From Alloascoidea hylecoeti (taxonomy: Eukaryota): a DNA stretch of 64,000 nucleotides. Below are positions 1-12,600 of the stretch, in pieces. The number at the start of each line of letters is the position of its first letter. Position 1 is the first letter of the stretch. The position numbers and the translations under genes were made by a program. The stretch lies in assembly GCA_001600815.1 (NCBI GenBank), contig BCKZ01000003.1:562581-626580 (forward strand), given 5' to 3'. Below the pieces are notes generated by a model, which ran no database searches, was not told the DNA's origin, and saw only the letters and a list, made by a program, of their open reading frames with translations.

Positions 1-1
1 T

Positions 2-415
2 CCTCCTCTAGCACGAAAATCAAAACCATTCATCGATCATGTCATGACATTTAGTATAGTTGATGGAAAAGTTTGGGTTAGAAATTATCAAATCACAGAA
101 TCTATTAAACAAAAAGAAGCAAATGAATTAGGTGATGAATCTACTAAAAAAGGTGATGAATATGAAACAACATTAGTTGAAATTGGTCCAAGATTTGTTA
201 TGACTTTAATTACTGTTTTAGAGGGCTCATTTGGTGGTCCAGTTATTTATGAAAATAGAGAATTTGTTTCTCCAAATTTCGTTAGAGCTCAATTAAAAGC
301 ATCAGAAGCAAAAGAAGCAAAAGGTAGATCTGATGCTGCTATTGCAAGAAAGATTAAAAAGAGAGAATCTGTTCTTGCTGCTGATCCATTAGCTGATAAT
401 ATCTTATTTAGATAG
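2..415 (+). CDS. BRX1: Brix-domain 60S ribosome biogenesis protein, 3' part (5' end outside window)
   Basis: Open frame from nt 2: PPLARKSKPFIDHVMTFSIVDGKVWVRNYQI...LVEIGPRFVMTLITVLEGSFGGPVIYEN, the Brix EIGPRF motif in Brx1 context. Confidence 0.93.
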   Translation, partial: PPLARKSKPFIDHVMTFSIVDGKVWVRNYQITESIKQKEANELGDESTKKGDEYETTLVEIGPRFVMTLITVLEGSFGGPVIYENREFVSPNFVRAQLKASEAKEAKGRSDAAIARKIKKRESVLAADPLADNILFR

Positions 416-1023
416 AACCAACCATGTAATTATAGAAAACTACGTATTATTATACTTTTATTTGTTTATATGATATTCATCTGCAATTGTTATTATAATA
501 TAATAGAACTAGATAACTAAATCGATAAATGTAAGTATATGATTAACTAGTGTGAATTTGTTTATTTCTTTTCTGCTTTTTTCAAATAATCCCTATATCT
601 CCCAAAAATATAAATTAGTTTCAATTCTTTTTGATTAAAATCTTAGAAATTAACTTACAAAATGAACTTTTCTTCTTCAGGACTTGAAGAATTAAGAGGT
701 GGATATTTTGGGGTTTCTTTTTTTCCCTTTGGAACAATAATAGCGAAAACCAGAGCACCGAGAGTTCCTAAAGCTAACTGATGGGGTAAAACTGATTTAC
801 CAAAAATTATATATGCGGCACCCATTTTTTTAAAGATTTTTGATGATTTTTATTGTTTTCAGTTTTGTTTTGGAGGTTTTGAAAAGTATGAACTCCGACT
901 GTTTTTACTGGGCTGTCCGGCATGCTCATATTTACCCTGACATCTAACTTAAAACACCTTACTTGTTATCTTCACCATCTTAAATCTTAAACATAAACAT
1001 ACACACTGAATGAATAGTTTGAA

Positions 1024-4005
1024 ATGGCTTTGCCACAAGAGCACAGCTACATTCTAAACTATTTAAGGACATCTTTCTTAAAATCTTATGATGATGGTAT
1101 AAGTGATAGAGTTATAAAACCATACTTAGACCCACAAACCATAGATTCCACAAACGATAATAATCAAGATTATGGTAATCATATATTCAATGGTCTAGCA
1201 GATTTACCTGAAAATCTTGCTCAATTATATAAAAGATCAAATTCACCTCCAATACAAAGAGATTTATTTAGTGATGTTAAAGAACGTAAGAAAAATAATA
1301 GAGATCTTACAACACATTCAAAAATTGAAGAACATGAAGATGAAGATGAAGATGTTCATAGTTTTATGAATAATACTGCAAAAGCTTCAACTGGCTTAAC
1401 AAATAACACAAACAATACAAATAATGATAATGGAAATGATAATACTTTAAAAAAACCTGATAGTAATAGTGGTATGCTTGCTGAAAGTTTATCAACAATG
1501 CCTGAAAGTATAGTAACTCCAAAAGTTTCTAAAAATCCAATGAATATTGTTAGATTATTAAGAAAATCTTCTGATAATAATAAAAAAGTTAAAATTGATA
1601 ATAATAATACAACAAGTGAATCAGATTCTGATGAAAGTAGATTATCCTCAATACCTGAAGGTAGTATGATATCTTTACCATCTAATACTGCAAATACTAA
1701 AACACAACATTCTTTTGATACTTTACATCATCCTGCTACATCTTTTATGCCAAAAATTGATGTTATAGAACAACAAAATGATAAAATTGCTGAAAGTTAT
1801 TCAAGTTCAAGTTCTGATTTTGATAATACTGATGAAGATGATGATGATGATGATGACGATGATGATGATAGTGACCTTGATGGTTATGATTCTGATTTTG
1901 ATTTTGAAAGAGCTGCACAAGGAATGAAAATGTTTAAAGGCTCAAATGATGATTATTCAATTTATTCATCAACAGGTGGTGCAAGTAAAAACCAACAACC
2001 AAATACATTATTGTTAAATGGTAATGGAGGAGGTATAGGAAAAAGAAAAAATTTAAATAATTCATTACATGATAAAAAATCAAGATCAAAATCATCATTA
2101 AAAACAGAATCAAAAATTCAATTTAAAAAATTACCTGTTTCTGTTTATGATGAAAATAATAATAATTCAACAATTTCTAATCATAGTAATAATTCAATTA
2201 CAGGTAGTAATAATTCATTTTCTATTAAATCAAATTCATCAAAATTAATTAAAATAAAATCATCATCAAGTCAAATTAAATTAATAGCAAATAATTTAGA
2301 TTCAAACTTAAATGATGATTATGAAAATTCTTATAACCCTGATGAATCAAATTTTGATTCAATTAATTTACAACAACAACAACAAAATCCAATTATAAGA
2401 TCAAGAAAAAATACTGGTCAATCATTTTCATCAAATAATACATCATCATCAAAATTATCAATTGGTTCATTAGAAGTTCCATCATCTTTAACAAATTCAC
2501 CAAATTTACATAATAATTATAAACAACAAAATAAAAATTTAAAATCAAATTTAACCGATTTAATACAAGCTAAAAATCAAGGTGATCATGAGCCATTGGA
2601 ACAATTCATTTCTGCTTCTGGTGAAGGACATCCAACACCATTAACAATTAAAATGTTCATGCCAACATGTGATGAACCAAAAAAACCATGGTCAATTGTT
2701 GTTAGACCAGATGCACTTGTTGTTGATACAATTGGTTATGCATTATATAAATATACAAAAGAAAATCGAAAACCAGAACTAAATGAAAAATTAATGGATG
2801 CAAACCGTTGGACTTTACGTATAATTGAAGAAGATGGTGAACCAGATGAAGATTTCCCAGCATTAGATAGAAGAAGAAATGTTTCAAAATATTCATTTGA
2901 TGAATTTGCATTAGTTGAATCATCTGAATCACAATATAAACAAAATGAAAAATTAACACCAAATATAAAACAACAAACTAATGAAAATAGTAATACTACT
3001 ACTACTAATAATAATGTACCAACAACATTATTACCAGGAGAAATTATAAATAGTAAAAGAGTTTCTTCAAATAGACAAACAGTTCGATTAAAAATATTTG
3101 AATATCCTTTTGAAGAATCAACATCAATGACACATACAGCTTTATGGTTTAAATTAGATACTACTTTAAATGAAGTTATTGAAAAAACATGTTCAGTTAA
3201 AAGATTAAATCCAAATGAATATTCTTTAAGGATTGCAGGTCAATCTTTAATTTTAGATAAATTTCAACAAGTTGAATATTTAGGAGGTGAATATAATTTA
3301 GAATTAATACCAAATAAAGTTATTAAACAACTTAATAATAATTCAACAACAACATATAATTATTCTTTAGCAACACCATCAGCAAGTGGATTAAAAAATC
3401 AAGCAATGTTGGATAATCAAGTATCACCAACTTACGATAACAATTCGGATGATATTCAAGAAGCACCACCAACTGTTAAAAAATCAAGTCGTTCAAGAAA
3501 ATATCAACAACAACAACAATCATCAGTAACAATGATTAGTAATCATTTATCTTCATCACATAAACCATTTCATTTGCCATCATCACTTAAAGGTAAAATT
3601 AACAATACAAATAATAATAAATTTGATAAATTTCATTTATCAGATATACCACCAGATTCTTTAAATGGAACAGCATTTCAAAAATGGTTTGTTTGGAGAA
3701 GACAACAAATGTCATTTATAAGTAGACATGAAAGAATTTTAGCAATTGATGGAGATTATGTTTATATTATGCCATCAGATGATAAAACTTGGTTTGATTC
3801 ACCAAAAACTTCATCATTTCATATAAATCAAATTATTAAAATTAAAATTTCTAAAAAATTATCAAGTAATTTAAAAATTGTTGTTAGAAAAACAAACGGT
3901 CCAAAACGTTATGATTTAGAAGCAATGAATTCAAAACAAGCTAATGAAATTGTTTCAAAATTAAAAGCATTGGTTACTGCATATAGATTAAATAATCACA
4001 GTTAA
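1024..4005 (+). CDS. AVO1: TORC2 subunit Avo1/Sin1
   Basis: 993 aa. N-terminal YILNYLRTSF; Sin1 CRIM core DTIGYALYKY...WTLRIIEEDGEPDEDFPALDR; C-terminal PH domain WFVWRRQQMSFISRHERILAIDGDYVYI...KRYDLEA; Asn/Asp/Ser low-complexity linkers. Confidence 0.93.
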   Translation: MALPQEHSYILNYLRTSFLKSYDDGISDRVIKPYLDPQTIDSTNDNNQDYGNHIFNGLADLPENLAQLYKRSNSPPIQRDLFSDVKERKKNNRDLTTHSKIEEHEDEDEDVHSFMNNTAKASTGLTNNTNNTNNDNGNDNTLKKPDSNSGMLAESLSTMPESIVTPKVSKNPMNIVRLLRKSSDNNKKVKIDNNNTTSESDSDESRLSSIPEGSMISLPSNTANTKTQHSFDTLHHPATSFMPKIDVIEQQNDKIAESYSSSSSDFDNTDEDDDDDDDDDDDSDLDGYDSDFDFERAAQGMKMFKGSNDDYSIYSSTGGASKNQQPNTLLLNGNGGGIGKRKNLNNSLHDKKSRSKSSLKTESKIQFKKLPVSVYDENNNNSTISNHSNNSITGSNNSFSIKSNSSKLIKIKSSSSQIKLIANNLDSNLNDDYENSYNPDESNFDSINLQQQQQNPIIRSRKNTGQSFSSNNTSSSKLSIGSLEVPSSLTNSPNLHNNYKQQNKNLKSNLTDLIQAKNQGDHEPLEQFISASGEGHPTPLTIKMFMPTCDEPKKPWSIVVRPDALVVDTIGYALYKYTKENRKPELNEKLMDANRWTLRIIEEDGEPDEDFPALDRRRNVSKYSFDEFALVESSESQYKQNEKLTPNIKQQTNENSNTTTTNNNVPTTLLPGEIINSKRVSSNRQTVRLKIFEYPFEESTSMTHTALWFKLDTTLNEVIEKTCSVKRLNPNEYSLRIAGQSLILDKFQQVEYLGGEYNLELIPNKVIKQLNNNSTTTYNYSLATPSASGLKNQAMLDNQVSPTYDNNSDDIQEAPPTVKKSSRSRKYQQQQQSSVTMISNHLSSSHKPFHLPSSLKGKINNTNNNKFDKFHLSDIPPDSLNGTAFQKWFVWRRQQMSFISRHERILAIDGDYVYIMPSDDKTWFDSPKTSSFHINQIIKIKISKKLSSNLKIVVRKTNGPKRYDLEAMNSKQANEIVSKLKALVTAYRLNNHS

Positions 4006-4534
4006 ATTTATAAATATATATTATATCTCTAAAATTTAGACACAGAGAAACATAAATAAATAACAAACATTCTGCCAAAATAAAAACTAATTATAATAGT
4101 CATTTCATTTTCGGAAATACTGACTAGTGATTACTCATTAGTTGTAGGAGTATCCAATAATTAGTCAGAATTACCGAAATTAAGTAAAATAACTGAATAA
4201 TGCTGAATACTGGAAGTGTTTTGTAGAGATCTATAACTATCACCTAGGGTGACCAGACCATGAACACACGAGAAGTGGGGAGGATAAACAGTGGACTACC
4301 ATAATTAATCTCTAAACTAAATAGTTACCGTATAACTGAGAACATGCGTAGAAACGAGCACTAGTATCCATTTTAAGGATAAGGTTTGAATGTTTAAGGT
4401 TTCGAAGATGTTGTGAAAAGACCAGAGACTCAGAGTGCAATGCTGATACCAGATTCTTTTTCTTTTTTTTGTTCGTAAATGACTCCTACAAAAAAATGAA
4501 CTAACTATTCATCATAAGTTAGAAACGGAATTCT

Positions 4535-5480
4535 TTTACCATATCAAGTACACTACATAAAATAAATGATTTAATCTTTTTCAAACAGTTATCACGAAAA
4601 ACATTACTTGATTGTAGAGAAATATCTAAATCATTGAAACAAACAGCTGAATATGATGGTATATGGAAATCAAAGTTTAAAGATCAAAAATATTTTAAAA
4701 CACAATGGTTTCAGTTATGCAAAAGATGTTAGATGTTTTGAGGTTACTCTATGTAAATCAATGGTGTGATCAATGTATGACCTTCACAATATCACTAAAC
4801 AATTAAAACTCATAGTTAGTTTTAGCAGACCTCTCAGTTCAGACGATACGGATGGAGCGTCGACGGTAGCGCCGCTACCATATTAGAGCTGGTACCTGAT
4901 ACTGAACGGCAGATTTCAAGTTTGTTAGCAAGTCTTCAGCGACATATGGACGTGAAAAATGAAAATCAAGTCTTGGTAATTTAGAAAATCAAGGACAGTT
5001 TAATTTACAGTACAGTTTAAAAGGAGAAGATTGGCATTATATTTGCATTCATAATGGTATTATATATGGCATTTAATTGTCAGCTGGAGTAAGAGCCTGG
5101 AATATTGAACCTGGATCCAAGAATTTCAAGATGATAAACATGGAATCATAACAGTAATGGATCAAAACTTATTTGCTACTATTTGCTATGCATAAAACCA
5201 AATACCAGTTCAGGATTTACATTCAAATAAATTAAATACTATAGTTGATAATAATATCATTTGTGTTGATTATGATGATTTTGCTATTAGGATTTGGAAT
5301 TTAAATGATCTAAAATTATTCAAAAAATTTAAAAAAATTCCAGATCCTCGAATCTCACGTTTAAGATATTCTTGTTCAATTGATGCCGATTCGAAAAAAT
5401 TGGCTGCGCTTACTTTGGATGGTGATGTTATTTATGATTATACTAAACATTTAAAGAAAAGATATTCAAAACATTTATAA
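4535..5480 (+). pseudogene. Degenerate F-box/WD40 gene
   Basis: Hand translation: 4535-4730 ISSTLHKINDLIFFKQLSRKTLLDCREISKSLKQTAEYDGIWKSKF (F-box-like); 5241-5480 IVDNNIICVDYDDFAIRIWNLNDLKLFK...KKLAALTLDGDV (WD40-like). Stops and unrelated sequence lie between the two parts. Confidence 0.6.
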
Positions 5481-5699
5481 TTTATTGAAATTAAAAATAA
5501 ACAAATCGTTGCTTAATTAAACAACTGGAATTCATCCTTTCAATCCCTGATGGTGCTAGCAAAATTCAGAGAGGTTTGGGTAAGCGAAAATTAGGTAGAA
5601 GTAACCAAATAATTAAGGAAAGATTCATTTTATATGAGGACTTATATGAATAGTATAATACCGCCGCGTTTGTAAAGGAGACTTACAAATCATTTTTGG

Positions 5700-5935
5700 A
5701 AAAGTTGAATACATGTGATGAAGTTGATTCTCGCCCTAGGAATTCACACTTCTAAAGGGAACTGATTAGTAATTACACACAAGAAAAATGTGTATCGGAA
5801 GCTTGGAGCTAATGAGCCCAATGAAGTAAATCGTAGAAGAACGTTCACATCACAACAAGATTTACAAAAATATATATTAAACTTATATTATCAGAATTAT
5901 GAGATTAAGTATATTTTAGTAATACTATTCTTAAT
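5700..5935. repeat. Dispersed repeat X (relic of unknown gene), partial copy
   Basis: aaatgtgtatcggaagcttggagctaatg...aaatcgtagaagaa...tttacaaaaa...tatcagaattatgagatt matches 35570-35680, 48320-48430, 56740-56875 and 59520-59560. Confidence 0.65.
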
Positions 5936-6663
5936 TTATATTTGTTACTGGTTTTGCAACTCGTGGTTGGATTCAACAATTTTGGGTGGTCTGGTGTTGT
6001 GAGCACTATTCTGAGATGTCAAAGGCAGTATTAATGAAAGATAATAATTATCTGTATATGAGAAGTTAGAGAGACTAGATTAATCATTACTTTATGTTTG
6101 TGGTCATAGCGATCCTTAAAGTACATTCATTTATTAGTAGCTTCTAAGGAATACCAAAAGGAGGAATTAAGGAAAAGATGTTTGATGTGGGGTTTCTATT
6201 ATACCCGTTCCATGAATCCTGGTCTGTTCTGAGAGTTCCTCGTTGAACCTGTGAGGAATGTCAGGTTTAATTGGGCTGAAAACTACCAAATCACAACACC
6301 GGTATACACTTTATATATTTGTCATTACAATTATATAGATGAAAAAATAAAGTCATATCGGTATATAACAAATGTAATCATAGTTAATTTATAAATTTAT
6401 TGTCTGATAATTAATTGTCTCTAAAATCTAGACTAAACGAACACTAAAACAAATAACAAACATTCTAAATAAAAACAAAACATATCTGAAAGCAAATTTC
6501 TATTTTAAATTAAAGACAATCTATATGCCATTGCCATCGAAATTATTAGATGAAAAAATAAATAGACATATAACAAATATAAGGTACTAAGAGCCCCAGT
6601 CACAAAAATTATTTAATTATTAAATTAAAAGAACCAAATTTAATCTTAAGCTCATAGGCATGT

Positions 6664-9600
6664 TTATTTTTCAGTAGTAAGAGCAATAATCCTCTCCAAA
6701 ATTTTACCCAACTGGATCATTATACTAACAGTATCTGAAACAGGTTGACCGACCAATTCTTTATATAATGGGTTGTCATAATTATACATCTTAGGAATGT
6801 GAGCGAACTCATCGGTGTATTCTCGATGTTTATTAATGTCATATCCAGGTAATGTTGTAATAGCAGACACTAGTTCCTGACATGAGCTAACAATATTAAT
6901 ATTGGCTGAATGCTCACAAATACTGCGAAGTCTTCCTTCCATACTTGAATAACATAATATCCTCTTATTATTAGAAGACTCAGCATCGCCAGGTCTAACC
7001 AGAAAGCGAACAAATTTAAGTAGTGCACTCTCATCTGCCTTAGGATCTGAAATAAGCACAGTAGCTAAATAAATACCAATGGCAATTTGATCAAAGTCAG
7101 CTTGATCATATTGCATCAAGACCTTTGGCAAAAGAATATTATCTCCAATATCCATCCATTTGTTATTTTCCCCTTCAAGGCAGGATAAATATTTCCTACA
7201 TTCTTTGTGTGATCGTGAATAAATGAATAAGAAAAAAACATAAATAAAAGGAGAAATTTTTGCTTTACTACTAAGTGCCTTGGGGCCACGCTTAGCTAGT
7301 AATATCTTATCGTTCTTTAATCTGATTTCTAGGAATTTTTGAATCACACCTAAAGTGTGATGGCGAGAAACGCTAGAATGTATACCCCTTGATAGTAATG
7401 TCACTATAAATACATCAAACAGTTCTGGTGAATACTTTGTTGAGCATAATTTATCAAAAGAGTCTAATGAAGGACCAATTGCATTTCTAACTCTGGTAAG
7501 ACCTCCAACCAAGTCACCATCAAAAAAGCTAGACCCATCCATTCTCGTTAAACAATTAATTGCCAAAATTGTACTACCAATAAAATACCTTGTTTCTGGA
7601 AATTGAGTACAATAAATACCTTGCCAAAACAATAATGGCAATAGTGGTGATTTTGGAGGTAACTTATTGGCTAATATACCAGCAGCATGAATAATACAGA
7701 CATTCATATCAAGAGCCGCTACATCGTTACCTTCCGAAAGTGTCCTTGTAATTGTCAACAAATGCTCAAGTTTAATAATAACTGTTTCTGCATCTTTATC
7801 TTCAACTAAATCACCGAGAATACTAAGTGCCCTAGATCTCATAATTGACTTCTTCGAAAATGCAGCATCTGAGATATAAGCACACCAATGAGTTCTCCAT
7901 CTACGCTTTAGTTCCACATTATCACCGCCGGCAAGTTCCATAATTTCCATTAAACTAAGAGTAATTTCCGATAAAGCAGAAATTTTAGCTGAATCGTGTG
8001 AACCATTCATTTCGGAATCGACCACAGAATGGATACCAAATAAGAGTTTTCCCCGGCTACCACTAAGCCTTTCCAAAATCAGATTAAGCTGGTTTCTGAC
8101 CTCCATTGAAAGTGTCTCGAGGGTGGTAAAGTTATGGAAGACATTTATAGCGAGTTTATGTATAAAAAACTTCAGTTCATAAGGACCATTGTTTGTAAAT
8201 AATGAACCAATAACACATATTTCTGGAAGAAATTTAGAAGATAATTCTATTTCATCGAAGAAAAGGGCATCTATTGTTTTTGCATATACGGTAATTTCTG
8301 CCCAACTAATTGTAGAATTTAAAAAGTCTTCTGCTTCATTAGTAGAATCAATTGCAATTCTTGAGAGATTTCTTGCCTTAAACAAAACTATTTCACATAT
8401 CTGCTCTGATTTCACACCCAATAATAAAGATATAATATCCTCACAATTATCACCAGATGTCTGTTTATCGATTGCAGCGCCAATAATAATATCAACTAAT
8501 AAAGGAATTAGTTCATTTTGTTGAAATAATGGTTTCCAAATATTAACACTGGAACTTGCAATATGTTTCTCCGATTTAGTTGTAACTTTGATGAAACCCG
8601 AAATTAAATATTTCATTCTTCTTGGACCTCTTTTATCATTTTCAAGATAAACCGTGTGGTAAAGGTCTTTCAACCAAGGTGAAACAATATGAATAGCAGA
8701 ATCTCTACATTTTGAAGGAACTTTTGAAAAGGACTCAATAAAACTTTTACAGAAATTATATGTCCAATCTGGAAATCTTTCAGCAAGTAATGCAGATAAA
8801 TTAAGGTAATAGCCGACAGCGTTCATAGGAAAGTATAATCCTTCTCTACCACGTCCAATTTCTGTTTCGCTCAATCCGTACATTTTCCCCAATGTTGCCA
8901 TTAAATCAAAAGATGCATTTCTTGTTTCGTTATCTTCAGCGAATAATCCAAATAAACCGATAACTACGAGTGTCGAGATTATACTGGAAAGGGAGTGGAT
9001 AGCGGTATCGGTTAACGATGTTGATGATGAGTTTTCGCTGTACTTTTTAACCATATTATTTATATCTCTTAGAACATCATTTCTCTGGAGACCAGAAAAT
9101 GTTTTATTGGTGGAGTTTTGCAGATTGAAAATAAAACCATTATTCACCTTCTTGTTTGCTAATTTCACATCGACAAAATCAGTAGCATGGTAAACATCAA
9201 GAAGTGTTACGTAAGCTGTTCTCCCACCGATTGATACTGGTGTAGGATTAGCTTGACAAACTTGAACATATTCATTACCCACTTTAAATTTTACTTCAAT
9301 AAAATCTTTTAATTTAGGATCATATTGAAAAATATTGTCGTATTCTGTTTTGCCGTCCTTCAGAACATTTCTAGTTTTCCTTGACATTCCATATGGTGTA
9401 ATAGGAAGTTCTTGGTCAAAAGTACAAATAAAGTCGCATGGAGTAAAGTAAGGACTGAAAACAGAAGCACTTTCAAATAACTTTACGATTTGTTGTACCA
9501 ATGGTAAGGAATAATTTGAGCAATTGACATAATAGCTTCCAACACAGTTATCTGAAGCAAAAGATGGAGTCATCTTAATCATATTCTCAATTATAGAAGG

Positions 9601-12600
9601 GTCAACATAATTCTTCTCATCAAATGATGTAAAATCAACGAAAAAAGAGAACTTATTATTCCATATCTTACTCATTATTTGGAACAATCTATATGTCACC
9701 ATATCTGGATCACCAATTGTGGCCTTTTCAAAATTACCCATCGATATAACCATAAATGGAAGCCCATCGTCAGATACACCTTCCTTGATCATTTGTTTTT
9801 CTAAAATAGGCCCAAAATCTTTTGCAGCATTTTTTGTCATAAATTCGTATAAAAGCATTCCATTCTCTGTAGAGTTGGTAGTAATTTGTTGAGGAATTTC
9901 GTACCCTTTCTTTTGACGTGGAGGTCCAACCGCTTCAACCAATTCATCAAATCTAGTCATAGCCAGAGAATCGGGAGCGCTTATCATTGAAACAGAAAGA
10001 GAAGGTAGAGATTCTACATCATTTCCTTTATAAGTATTTGTCGGTCCATCATCAACAAGACTATTAGCCGCTGCTGCATTGATAGTTTCCAAGTACGCGT
10101 ATAAATACTCCTGTAAAAACATCATTTGTTCTTCATCCATTTTAACAGGTGCACTATTTTCATTTTCATCAATAGTAATTAAAGGCCCAATAGCAAATAA
10201 TGTTTCGTGTTTCTCTGAGTTACTAGGTGCTAATTTAACAGATTCGGTTAAAAATGTTGTTATTCGGTCATTGATTTGGTTTAACTCTCCCATTTTCTCA
10301 TATAGTAATGGTAATTTCAATGAGTAAAGAGAACCATTTGCCATATTTTGAATTACCTTCGCGACTAAAAGAAAAGACCTGCGAATATCTCTTCTTAAAT
10401 GATGCTTAACAAGGTTATTAGCTTCAGGGGCAACAATAGCAGGACAGAAAAATCTCAAGAACAAAAATGAGCCAACTGAAGTTGCCTCTGCTTCAGGAAA
10501 ACTTTGGATCGACACATCACGAATTGTACTGCAAATCTCTCTAAATGATGAAGGCATTATATCCAAAGAATTGATAAAAGCTTCAGAGAAGGATCTTAAA
10601 GAATTCATGAACTTTTCAATGTTCTCATTTGCTCTGTTTTCTTCAAGTTTATCTGCATTTAATTCAAAAACATGTCCAGCAGGATCATCTAAAAACGATT
10701 GCATCACGGGCCCCAAAGTTGAAGATAGATACTCAGCACCATGTGTTTTAGCATAAATAGCCAGCATACGGGTTGCTACACTGTTTCTTCTTAGAAGCTC
10801 AACCACCTTAGTCGTTCGCTGAATCTCTTTAGTTACTGCCGCTTTAATGAGCTCGAGACCTAAACCACTAGACATATACAAACTTAATAGACTGGAAGCG
10901 AGACTGTCTACCTCTCCTGCAGGGCAGGAGTCACAAAGTAAGACAGCAAGTGATAAATTTGACCTTAAATACTTTAATAGAGTTTGGACCTTTTCACTTT
11001 GGTTTGTGTTAAATTCTCTACTAACACCTTGTTCCATTATTGTTTTTAGAACTTTAATAGAAGCACTTCGTACCTTAGGGTTGCTGTGAAGTCCCATTGG
11101 TATACCAAATTTCAAACCAACATCTGCATTATTCTGAAGAATACTACTAAGAATTTCCACTATATATTTCGTAAGGGCTGAAGAGCGTTGTGATACTGCT
11201 TTGAGTGAGCGCTCAGATGAGCTTGTAACAGACGAACTAATAGTCCTTGCCAAAGTGCTACTGGAACCTCTGGCAGTAAGGGAGGTGGTACCAGATTCAC
11301 TACTATATTTTTCCAGTGCGTGAACACCGATAGAAAAGAAATTGGCACATTGTGTTGATTTGGCTTGAAGATAGTCCTCTTCTGTGTTGGCTTGTGGAAC
11401 AATGATCCTGACATTCTTAGAAACAATGGATGTAGCTTTCGCAGACTCTAGAGCTAAATCATTAAGCATATTTTCAATCTCATTCAACTTTCTTTCAGAT
11501 GTAGTTAAGCTTTTATAGGTGCTTCCCTCGTTTTCAGTTTTAAAAGCTGCTTTCTCAAACCATTTATACATTAGGCATGTCCAATCGTACAATTGCTTTG
11601 TAGTAAAAATAATATCAAAATATTGATCATTAGTTTTGATCTCTCCAGCAAGTTTAACACATCGTATCTTCATCCTTATAATGTCTATATTGTCTTCCAT
11701 AGCATCTAAATAGTTCATAATTGTATAAAGTCCAGTCGGAACAGCAATATCAAGTGTTAAAGCTTCTTCAGAACATCTTAAAATTATATTTTTTATCAGA
11801 GAAATTATAAGATCTGCAGTTTGAAAAATTAGGTCTTTCTTTCCAGAATCTAGTATCCTATTTATTAGTTTAGTTAACGACACAAACATTTGCTTGATTG
11901 TTGATGACCCAAACTCCCTTGATAATGTTTCTTTGGCTGCATCACAAACTAGAAGATTGGGAGCCACCATCATATCAATAGTTACCTCCAAAAATTCGTA
12001 AATAATAGGGGTTACTTCGGATGCCCTAACATTTGTATCTACATCAGTTTCTAAAATACATTCAGACAAAGATGCTAACATTCCAGAATAGTTCCTTCTT
12101 TCTGAAACAAAGGTAGAAAAATCGTTATTACTTGAAAATCTTGAATATATTTCTGACCATGCATTCATTATACCATCTGTAGCAACAGTGAATTTGTAAA
12201 CCAACTTTCTAATCCTCTTCTGAAGAGCAACATGACCCGTAATTACATAAGAATTTAGATCAAATTCATTATACTGATCTCTATTGTATAACAAAGGACA
12301 TGAAAGGATATTGCTGTTAAGATCTTCGACCTCCATAGCATCTGAAATAACTGCCATAATAGCACCTGCAGTTAATTTGTATATTTCAATATCAGGAGAA
12401 CAAAGTGATATTAATATGGCTGACTCAAGATTCGTATACATCTTGATTCTAGTATCTTTGGGTTCAAAACGGGTGATCACTCCCTTAGACGCTTCTCTGA
12501 ATTTAAACATCTTTGCAATCCTTAACCTTCCTTCAAGAACATCTCTAATGATTATAAATAAACTCTCTATACGAGAATCGCTCATATCAATTTCAATTAT

